From IMG/VR virus record IMGVR_UViG_3300045988_025231: a DNA stretch of 36,018 nucleotides; one strand, given 5' to 3'. Source of the stretch: a virus. The notes under the pieces were generated by a model. That model worked only from the letters and a program-made list of their open reading frames with translations. It was not told where the DNA came from and did no database searches. Shown one piece after another: positions 23,950 through 30,903 of this stretch (positions are counted from its first letter, which is position 1; each line of letters begins with the position of its first letter). The translations under genes were made by a program, and so were the position numbers.

Positions 23950-24359
23950 TTCTCTATGGCTTTTAGCATTTTCTTCAATTCTCCCTTACTCACTGATATC
24001 CGGTCAGCACCTACGGTATCTGTGATCTCCCAGCCTCCGAATGCCGTGCCTACCCAGATGGCAAAGTTCTCCGTTGAGTTGTTCAAGGCTACCTGTTCGT
24101 TCCGGCTTGCCTCGTAATCTACCATCGACCGGAGAAGAGCTGCTGCCTTCTCCTTGTCGCCCAGCTCCACGTTCATCCTAAGGAACCTGTTGTCTTTGGT
24201 CTGCCCGCTGATCTTGTATTGATCTCCGGTCTTCACCAGCTTGCATGTTCCCATGCGGAACGATGCGATTGTTTCCGGTTTCCCGGCAGTTGTGATCTGA
24301 GAAATTGCGTTCGCAGTGAACGCCAAAACTAGAACTAATAATGTAATAAGCTTTTTCAT
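23946..24359 (-). CDS. Secreted protein with a cleavable signal peptide (137 aa).
   Basis: N-terminus MKKLITLLVLVLAFTANA/ISQ (positive n-region, hydrophobic core, AxA site, no lipobox Cys). It is the first gene behind promoter cassette 1. Confidence 0.6.
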   Translation of the reverse strand: MKKLITLLVLVLAFTANAISQITTAGKPETIASFRMGTCKLVKTGDQYKISGQTKDNRFLRMNVELGDKEKAAALLRSMVDYEASRNEQVALNNSTENFAIWVGTAFGGWEITDTVGADRISVSKGELKKMLKAIEK

Positions 24360-24372
24360 GACTGTTTAATCT

Positions 24373-24470
24373 TAATTGTTACTACTTGTTTAACTTTGAT
24401 GACGCAAATATAAGGGAATTCTTCTGAATTTGCCAAATTTTGAACAAATTATTAATACTCATTAACGTTT
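24373..24470 (-). promoter_or_regulatory. Early promoter cassette 1. AACGTT box, 13-bp palindrome AATTTGGCAAATT over -33 TTTG (24437-24434), -7 TATATTTG (24412-24405), conserved leader.
   Basis: Minus strand reads ...AAACGTTAATGAGTATTAATAATTTGTTCAAAATTTGGCAAATTCAGAAGAATTCCCTTATATTTGCGTCATCAAAGTTAAACAAGTAGTAACAATTAA. It is near-identical to cassettes at 28240-28332 and 33641-33732. Confidence 0.65.
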
Positions 24471-25862
24471 ATACTGCGAAACTAGGTCTTTGATAGCATC
24501 TATTAACGCATCCTGTGTGCTAGACTTGCCTTGCAGGGAGTTGACGACACGTTCATCAAGGGTGTGCCGGGATACTATGTGGTGAATGAACACGGGCTTG
24601 GTCTGACCCTGCCTCCACAGCCGTGCGTTGAACTGCTGGTATAGCTCAAGGTTCCACGTCACCCCGAACCATATAATGTTGTTTCCGCCCTTCTGAAGGT
24701 TCAGCCCGTGACCCACAGATGCAGGGTGGGCGATCAGCACCTTGATCTTCCCGGCATTCCAGTCACGCATGATCTGATTACTGTCTCCTCTAGAGTCACC
24801 TCCGATGCGGACAGGCTTCAGTTTGGACAGGGCTTTCTCGATGCGGTGGGCTTCGTGGAGGAAGTTGTAGGCGATGAGAACAGGAGCACCGTTCAAAGCC
24901 TCTACCATCTCGCACAAGGCTTCGATCTTGGCATCGCTCACATGATGCACGTTTCGCTCGGCATCATAGATCGCACCACTGGCGAATTGGAGCAGCTTGT
25001 TGGACAGGGCTGCGGCAGTCATGGCAGTAATGGTTTCGACATCTCCGTTACCCAGTAGCGATATGATCTGTTCCTTTTCGAATTCCTTGTACATGGACAT
25101 CTCCTTGTCGGACAGGACCACTTTGTCATAGATGTAGTTAACCTCCGGCATGTCTAGGTAATCGACAGCCTTCATGGACATCGTGATGTCCGATATCTTC
25201 TCGGAGAGTACTTGCTCGGTATTCTCGCGGGGCTTGTAATTGTAGACGATCCCGCCATTCTGAGCACCCGGCTTGAAGTAGTTAGCCCGGTAGTCAGTGA
25301 TGGACCGACCAAGCCGTTTTCCGCCATCGATTACGAACATCTGCGCCCACAGGTCGATGAGTCCGTTGGGTGCTGGTGTACCCGTCAGACCGATCACCCG
25401 GTTGGCGTATCGTCTGATCTTCTTCATGGCTTTGAATCGTTCGGATTGGTGATTCTTAAACGAGGACAGTTCGTCCACCACGATGCAGTCATACGGGAGT
25501 TTAACGCCACCGAAATTCTCCAGCAGCCACACCAGGTTATCACGACCCACCGTGTATATGTCGGCATCGGCACGGGCAGCAGCGGCACGGTTCTTTGCGT
25601 TCCCCGCGATCACGGACACCCGCAGGTCATTAAGATGCGCCCAGTTAGCTATCTCGTCAGCCCACGTCACTTCGGCAACGCGCTTGGGAGCTACGATCAA
25701 CGCCTTCTCAACTTCGAAGTACTGGATGAGATCGGACAGGGCAGTCAACGTGGTGACGGTCTTCCCTAGCCCCATGTCAAGGAATAGAGCACATTCCGGA
25801 TTATCCTTGATGTGCTCCACCCCCTGTAACTGATACTTATGTAACTGTGATCTGTTTAGCAT
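24462..25862 (-). CDS. SNF2-family helicase/ATPase.
   Basis: Motif I LDMGLGKT, motif II VVDELSSFKN, C-terminal helicase motifs LIAHPASVGHGLNLQ and ARLWRQGQ. Confidence 0.85.
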   Translation of the reverse strand: MLNRSQLHKYQLQGVEHIKDNPECALFLDMGLGKTVTTLTALSDLIQYFEVEKALIVAPKRVAEVTWADEIANWAHLNDLRVSVIAGNAKNRAAAARADADIYTVGRDNLVWLLENFGGVKLPYDCIVVDELSSFKNHQSERFKAMKKIRRYANRVIGLTGTPAPNGLIDLWAQMFVIDGGKRLGRSITDYRANYFKPGAQNGGIVYNYKPRENTEQVLSEKISDITMSMKAVDYLDMPEVNYIYDKVVLSDKEMSMYKEFEKEQIISLLGNGDVETITAMTAAALSNKLLQFASGAIYDAERNVHHVSDAKIEALCEMVEALNGAPVLIAYNFLHEAHRIEKALSKLKPVRIGGDSRGDSNQIMRDWNAGKIKVLIAHPASVGHGLNLQKGGNNIIWFGVTWNLELYQQFNARLWRQGQTKPVFIHHIVSRHTLDERVVNSLQGKSSTQDALIDAIKDLVSQYKR

Positions 25863-26155
25863 TCCTCTAGGTCCTCTATATCAACATACCAGTAGCTTTG
25901 CATCGGGTCGGTCTCTAGGAGCATCCGGTCATACAAGCAAAGCCCGTCTTCGGGATTCCAGCCACGATTATACATCGGAAGGGTATCGGGCAATTCCACA
26001 ATAACAGAAGGCCTTCCTAAGCCGTTTTGCTCGGTGTACCCGGCTACGGTTACGGTCTCGCCTTCGAAACATCCTCCCTTGATAACGAAGTTCTTTCCTA
26101 AGTTCTCAACCGTGAAGTCTCTCACTTCTCCTAATAACTCATTATATGTTTTCAT
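25856..26155 (-). CDS. Hypothetical early protein (99 aa).
   Basis: ATG-initiated ORF overlapping the SNF2 start by 7 nt. No motif. Confidence 0.5.
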   Translation of the reverse strand: MKTYNELLGEVRDFTVENLGKNFVIKGGCFEGETVTVAGYTEQNGLGRPSVIVELPDTLPMYNRGWNPEDGLCLYDRMLLETDPMQSYWYVDIEDLEEC

Positions 26156-26189
26156 TCTACTTTTCTTCCTGTATTTTCTAATATTCTTT

Positions 26190-26624
26190 TCATAATCCTA
26201 AACTCCTTGCGTAAATTTCTTCCGATAGCTCCTCGATAGTCCAGCGTTCCGGGAAAAGTTTGACTAGCGCCTCCGCAGTTTCCACAAGGTCCGGACGGAG
26301 ACAGTCGGTTCCGAGGAGATTGGCTACGGTGTGCAGCTTGTCATTCTGGTATATCTCCGATCGGAAGGTCTCGAACAGTTCGTCCTTCCCCTGTGTCAGA
26401 CAAGCGTCTTCCAGGTTTCCCAGCTCTCTGCGGGCGTACTCCCTGCGGAGAACCTTGTCGGGTATCTCGGATAGGAGGAACTGCTGGATATTCTCCGGCA
26501 ATGCCTTTATTGCCTCTCCGATGGCGTATCCTCCTGCCGGGGTATCGTTCGCTATCTTGGTGACCACATCGACAAACAGTTTGATGCGGTCGAGTTTTAA
26601 TCTCTTGTTAAAATCTACTTCCAT
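26190..26624 (-). CDS. Hypothetical early protein (144 aa).
   Basis: I prefer the ATG at 26624 (MEVDFNK); the track start at 26636 is a TTG. Helical; no motif. Confidence 0.5.
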   Translation of the reverse strand: MEVDFNKRLKLDRIKLFVDVVTKIANDTPAGGYAIGEAIKALPENIQQFLLSEIPDKVLRREYARRELGNLEDACLTQGKDELFETFRSEIYQNDKLHTVANLLGTDCLRPDLVETAEALVKLFPERWTIEELSEEIYARSLGL

Positions 26625-26645
26625 AATTTTCTGCAAATATAATAA

Positions 26646-26963
26646 CTACTCATTGTAAGGCAAAAGGTTTTTCAAGGAATTCTCCATCTCTTCGGAATAG
26701 CCCTTGATCGCTACCTCCTTAAGCGAATATCTGACGATGATCAGAAACATATTAAAGTCACCCTTCGTGTGCTCATATGGAACGCACATACTCGATACTA
26801 CGTTAAAGGCACTTGAGAATTCTACGAATATCCCGATTCCTCGGAAGTATATGGTCATCCTCCTGGAATCCATTCTTTTCGTCAGCGCGAAGTCACCCGC
26901 CTTTACGAATCCCATATCGAGCAACTTCTTTGTAAATTCTATTCTTATTTCTTCCTTTTCCAT
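26646..26963 (-). CDS. Hypothetical early protein (105 aa).
   Basis: ATG-initiated ORF 2 nt after the VRR-NUC stop. No motif. Confidence 0.5.
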   Translation of the reverse strand: MEKEEIRIEFTKKLLDMGFVKAGDFALTKRMDSRRMTIYFRGIGIFVEFSSAFNVVSSMCVPYEHTKGDFNMFLIIVRYSLKEVAIKGYSEEMENSLKNLLPYNE

Positions 26964-26965
26964 TG

Positions 26966-27277
26966 TTACCTGGTTCTTTTAATTATGTCATCTATAATGT
27001 CTGTTACAAGATAGTAGCTTTCCGGGCTGTCCACTATATAAACGGGGAATCCGATTTCATCGAGTTTCCTGTGCACCCATCTCTGAATAGGTGTGGGCTT
27101 CTTCCCGGTGCTCTTGAACTCTACGAACAGGACCTTTCCGATCGGTATGAGGAACATCCTGTCCGGTAATCCCTTGAAGAATTGGGACAGCAGCTTCACC
27201 GCCATCCCGCCTCTTTCCTCAACGTACTGTGATAGTTCTCTTTCGAAAACCTTCTCACTTGTCTCGTTCTTCCTCAT
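26966..27277 (-). CDS. VRR-NUC domain nuclease.
   Basis: GLPDRMFLIPIGKVLFVEFKSTGKKPTPIQ matches the VRR-NUC PD...(D/E)xK core. I prefer the ATG at 27277; the track start at 27304 is a TTG. Confidence 0.75.
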   Translation of the reverse strand: MRKNETSEKVFERELSQYVEERGGMAVKLLSQFFKGLPDRMFLIPIGKVLFVEFKSTGKKPTPIQRWVHRKLDEIGFPVYIVDSPESYYLVTDIIDDIIKRTR

Positions 27278-27518
27278 CTCTCTTCTGATAATCACATGGT
27301 TCAAACTTCGGAAGATGGATGGTGTGCATCCCGCAGAACTTATCGTTGAATCGGTTTACGAAATTCTCCGCAGCCTTGTAAGCCTTGCGAATGCGTTTTG
27401 CCTCTTCCTTTGTCTCACAGATTCCTCCGGGGATCGTATGGTACAGGTTATCCGATCCCAGACCCTGTACGTGATAACGACCGTCCATCTCTGCACTAAT
27501 CCTTGTTTTCTGTTTCAT
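27255..27518 (-). CDS. Hypothetical early protein (87 aa).
   Basis: ATG-initiated ORF with overlapping neighbours on both sides. No motif. Confidence 0.45.
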   Translation of the reverse strand: MKQKTRISAEMDGRYHVQGLGSDNLYHTIPGGICETKEEAKRIRKAYKAAENFVNRFNDKFCGMHTIHLPKFEPCDYQKRDEEERDK

Positions 27519-27684
27519 CTTCTTCTTCCTCCGTATAATCTAGTAATACCCTGTCGCACTTGAATAGCAACTTTACATGCTCTCTGAACTGCTCTACGTT
27601 CATGATTTCAAGGGCTATCGGACCCTTGTTGATGGATTCCTTAGAATCGCCCTTAATCAATGTTACTCTATTAATTATCAGCAT
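27496..27684 (-). CDS. Hypothetical early protein (62 aa), acidic C-terminus.
   Basis: ATG-initiated ORF. Its tail is EEEEDETENKD. Confidence 0.45.
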   Translation of the reverse strand: MLIINRVTLIKGDSKESINKGPIALEIMNVEQFREHVKLLFKCDRVLLDYTEEEEDETENKD

Positions 27685-27767
27685 ACGAATAGTATATAAG
27701 CGGTTATTAATATGCAGATCAGAACGAATCCGATCGCGTTAAGTATTGTCTTTATTACCTTTTTCAT
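27678..27767 (-). CDS. Candidate 29-aa hydrophobic micro-protein (MKKVIKTILNAIGFVLICILITAYILFVC).
   Basis: Found by hand; it is below the ORF-track size cut-off. ATG at 27767 and TGA at 27680-27678. It fills the otherwise empty 93-bp gap and overlaps the next ATG by 7 nt, like neighbouring coupled genes. Confidence 0.35.
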   Translation of the reverse strand: MKKVIKTILNAIGFVLICILITAYILFVC

Positions 27768-27777
27768 GATTCTATTT

Positions 27778-27975
27778 TTACAAATTGTTTACGAGCAGTC
27801 TGTATGCGGTTTCCTTAGCTGCCAGATGTTTCTCTTTGTTTTCTTCATCATCGCACCAATCCCATATCTCGGAGTCATTACAAGGCACCGATGTGCCTAT
27901 ACCCTTTAATATATACAGCCCGTAGCCTATTTTCTCGATGGTTATTGTTTCATTGTTGATCTCAAATGTTTTCAT
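27778..27975 (-). CDS. Hypothetical early protein (65 aa).
   Basis: ATG-initiated ORF. No motif. Confidence 0.45.
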   Translation of the reverse strand: MKTFEINNETITIEKIGYGLYILKGIGTSVPCNDSEIWDWCDDEENKEKHLAAKETAYRLLVNNL

Positions 27976-27991
27976 AATTTTATTATTTTAT

Positions 27992-28009
27992 GGGGTGGTC
28001 TCCCACCCC
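27992..28009 (-). terminator. GC-rich stem-loop (GGGGTGG / CCACCCC, 4-nt loop) between two small early genes; possible attenuator or RNA-processing signal.
   Basis: Perfect 7-bp inverted repeat in an otherwise AT-rich 49-bp gap. No U-tract on the minus strand. Confidence 0.35.
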
Positions 28010-28024
28010 GGTTAATTATTAGTG

Positions 28025-28225
28025 TTATAGTATCACTTCTACTCCGATAATGTATCCTTCGTAGAATAGCTTGTTTAATCGGGGGTCTATCGTAGCGTAA
28101 ACCTTGTTTACTAATTCAGAGAAACAGGGGAATTCATCTTCCGGGAATTCTACCCCTATCTTAACGCTTTTTGTTTTGTTTGATTCGGTGATTTTAAACT
28201 TAACCTTTAATGTAATTGTCTTCAT
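28025..28225 (-). CDS. Hypothetical early protein (66 aa), first gene behind promoter cassette 2.
   Basis: ATG-initiated ORF. No motif. Confidence 0.45.
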   Translation of the reverse strand: MKTITLKVKFKITESNKTKSVKIGVEFPEDEFPCFSELVNKVYATIDPRLNKLFYEGYIIGVEVIL

Positions 28226-28239
28226 AATCTTTATATTTT

Positions 28240-28332
28240 TAATTGTTACTACTTGTTTAACTTTGATGACGCGAATATACGGCAGTCTTCTGAATTTGCC
28301 AAATTTTGAACAAATTTTTAACGTTTGTTAGT
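28240..28332 (-). promoter_or_regulatory. Early promoter cassette 2. Palindrome at 28293-28305, -33 TTTG at 28303-28300, -7 TATATTCG at 28279-28272 (one mismatch), conserved leader.
   Basis: Minus strand reads CTAACAAACGTTAAAAATTTGTTCAAAATTTGGCAAATTCAGAAGACTGCCGTATATTCGCGTCATCAAAGTTAAACAAGTAGTAACAATTAA. Confidence 0.55.
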
Positions 28333-28362
28333 GGCCAGAAGCCCGTATTAACATCCATTAAT

Positions 28363-28386
28363 AAAAAACCTCCCGTATCGGGCTTC
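28363..28386 (-). terminator. Weak terminator-like signal. Short hairpin CCCG-ATA-CGGG followed by AGG and T6 on the minus strand.
   Basis: Minus strand reads GAAGCCCGATACGGGAGGTTTTTTATT, about 145 nt downstream of the primase stop and just upstream of cassette 2. The stem is only 4 bp. Confidence 0.3.
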
Positions 28387-28530
28387 ACAGCAGGATACAG
28401 GAGGAAAAATATAAATATGTATGACAAACATAAAGAAGTGAAATGTTGACTGCTCTCAGCCTAAAATCTTCTTATCAGTAGTACAAGATACAAATTATAA
28501 CCCTTAAATTCAGTGATGCAAAGATATGTA

Positions 28531-30897
28531 TTAATCTTCGATATCCGAAATAATACGGGTGTAAATTGACTGTCTACCGTAAATATTAACATTTTGCTGT
28601 CCGTTACGGACAAAGCCCAGCCTCTTGAGCGACCCTGCAATCTCCCTAGCCTTAGCTACCGTAAAATCCTTCCGAGGCATCCCAAGACCATCGCACCATA
28701 TCTCGAAGGTGCAGAAATGCTTCCTAGTCTCTGTCCCCTCTTCGAATACGCCTATTCCGTCAACAAAATCCCTCCGGTCAGCGCATACCCAGTTATCCCA
28801 ATCCTTCGGGAATTTCATGTTGACAAACTTCTCGATCAAGCCGTGCATCGAAGATACTTCCGTGTACTCCTCACGAATACCGTTAGCTATGCTTTCGGCT
28901 ACCTTAGATAGTATTAGACTCTCACCAGCATCGTATAGCTCCTTAGCCTCTGCCCATAGCTGGTCGATGGTGTCCTCAAAGGATTTCTCGAACAGGTAGT
29001 GGCTGTTGGCATTCCATTTCACAGCGATCGGAAAGAAACGTCTGTTCCCTGTTTGGTCCTTGAGAAATTCGTCCTCGTTGGTTGACCCGAAGAATACACA
29101 TTGGCGTTTATGTGTCTTGATGCGCTTGGCATAGGCAGCACGATATGTGTCCTCGCGCTTGGACAGGAAGTTCTTCATCACTTCGATGTCTGACTTCTTG
29201 ACGGCTGACAACTCGGCTAGCTCCACCAGCCAAGCATTCTGAATTGACTCGTAAGCCTTCGTGCCTTCCATTGAGGTCATGGAGTCGTTGAACCAACCCT
29301 TCGACAGTCGCTGGACCAGTGTCGACTTACCCGCACCTTGATGGGATACCATGATCAGGGCTGTGTCGAACTTGGTCCCCGGTTCGTAGATGCGGGCAAC
29401 CGCAGCTACCAGCATCTTGCGGAACGCCTCTCTTGTGTAGATCGAATCCTCAGCACCCATGTAGGTTTGAAGGAACATGTCGATACGTGGCTTTCCGTCC
29501 CATACGAGAGAGTCAAGGTATGTCTTGATAGGATGGAAGCCGTTCTTGTTGGCTACGTATTCGATGGCATCGCACATCTTTCCAGTGGAGTAAATACCGT
29601 GGGCTGTCTCAATCCGGTTTCGGATGATTGACTCTGCGGTGTCATCGAAGATGTCCCCCTTGTCCTTGCTGCTGTCGAAAAACGGCTTTCGGGTATACAC
29701 TATGACTCCTCGGAATTGGTCATAGGCGAGCAAGTTGTTGAGCAGAGGATCAGTGCGGAAAGCGTTGACGAAGTTGCGGATGGTCACCTCCTTGCGTCCC
29801 TTGCTGTCAAGATCCCAATCCAGCACTTCTTCTACCTCTTCTACTGATTCATCGGACACTTCATCAAAGTCATCCAAGCAATCATTGGCAGCTACTAGCT
29901 CACGGAGGCATAACTCATCCTCCTGTACCAGTTTAGCCATCGCATGCTCGCTCTCTTCCTTTCCGAGATGCCCGAACAGATGAATGCGCACAAGGTCATA
30001 GGCATTGTATACATGACCGTCCCCGATTGGGTCAGTGGAATGGTGGGAGTACGCGAACTTGTCATCATACACGATCATTCCGGCTGCAGACGACCCACCT
30101 TTATATGTGTAGCGGTCATAGTCGCAATTCTCGTAAACGTCAGACAAGTATTTTTCGATAGCTTCCTGTACGGTGTACACCCGGCAGAACGCACCGATCA
30201 TTCCCGGCTTGCTGGTCGGTTCCCCAGCCTCTGAGACAGTGCTGCGGATCGTGCGCTCCTCGTTATCAGTAAACGCCCATAGACGGACGTCTTTCCACGC
30301 ATCCTCACCTCCGTACATGTCGAGCAACTCGTCTATATTCAACGCCTCGCCATCCTGTCTCTCAAAGTAGAATTCTTGATCTTTGGATACTGATCCCCAA
30401 TACATCAGACGTTCCGCTTGAAAGGTTGTCGGGTCGAACAGTTCGATGCCCATGATCTCCGCTACCTTTCGGCTGGCTGCTTCGTACTCTTCCCGGTTGT
30501 CGATCTCACGGTCCATCGGGATGATAAGACGGTATCTGCGCTTACCGGGGCGGTCTGATCTTGTGCCATATATGACAGCAGCGCATGCGAAGTTCATGGT
30601 GAAATCGAAGAAAAAATCGTCTTCTCCGTAGTCAACGTCTAATGTGATAAGTGATCTGCCTGTTACTGAATTTTTGGTACGTCTTCCGCCAGCTAGAGTT
30701 CCGCCTACGAATCCTCCGACATCCTTGCGGATCGCTTTCTCTGACTTCGCCAGCCTGTCAAACTCCTTCATAGTCTCGCTTCCGACCATCTTGGGCTTCG
30801 ATAGCTCTTCAACTAGGGCTTCCCAAGTATAAGTCTTTCTCTTCCAATTGGTGCTTTTGGAAGAACCTGCAACTGATATAAGATATTTTTCCAACAT
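28531..30897 (-). CDS. Primase/helicase-type replication protein (AEP-like primase N-terminal region plus VirE-family P-loop domain).
   Basis: Walker A SHQGAGKST. The VirE-type block WLVELAELSAVKKSDIEVMKNFLSKREDTYRAAYAKRIKTHKRQCVFFGSTNE...GNRRFFPI. The N-terminal region has an LDVDYG acidic motif. Confidence 0.8.
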   Translation of the reverse strand: MLEKYLISVAGSSKSTNWKRKTYTWEALVEELSKPKMVGSETMKEFDRLAKSEKAIRKDVGGFVGGTLAGGRRTKNSVTGRSLITLDVDYGEDDFFFDFTMNFACAAVIYGTRSDRPGKRRYRLIIPMDREIDNREEYEAASRKVAEIMGIELFDPTTFQAERLMYWGSVSKDQEFYFERQDGEALNIDELLDMYGGEDAWKDVRLWAFTDNEERTIRSTVSEAGEPTSKPGMIGAFCRVYTVQEAIEKYLSDVYENCDYDRYTYKGGSSAAGMIVYDDKFAYSHHSTDPIGDGHVYNAYDLVRIHLFGHLGKEESEHAMAKLVQEDELCLRELVAANDCLDDFDEVSDESVEEVEEVLDWDLDSKGRKEVTIRNFVNAFRTDPLLNNLLAYDQFRGVIVYTRKPFFDSSKDKGDIFDDTAESIIRNRIETAHGIYSTGKMCDAIEYVANKNGFHPIKTYLDSLVWDGKPRIDMFLQTYMGAEDSIYTREAFRKMLVAAVARIYEPGTKFDTALIMVSHQGAGKSTLVQRLSKGWFNDSMTSMEGTKAYESIQNAWLVELAELSAVKKSDIEVMKNFLSKREDTYRAAYAKRIKTHKRQCVFFGSTNEDEFLKDQTGNRRFFPIAVKWNANSHYLFEKSFEDTIDQLWAEAKELYDAGESLILSKVAESIANGIREEYTEVSSMHGLIEKFVNMKFPKDWDNWVCADRRDFVDGIGVFEEGTETRKHFCTFEIWCDGLGMPRKDFTVAKAREIAGSLKRLGFVRNGQQNVNIYGRQSIYTRIISDIED

Positions 30898-30903
30898 ATA
30901 TAA

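Noticed and set aside
24373-24470. The three ~90-bp repeats (24373, 28240, 33641) read as a CRISPR-like array or MITEs.
   Set aside because: The copies are 4-5 kb apart, all in the transcription orientation, and each ends just before a start codon. They contain -33/-7 promoter elements and lack terminal inverted repeats or target-site duplications.
28398-28431. Plus-strand AGGAGG followed 12 nt later by ATG and a 10-codon ORF (MYDKHKEVKC).
   Set aside because: It is too short, it is on the otherwise non-coding strand, and none of the genuine genes in this genome uses a Shine-Dalgarno sequence.
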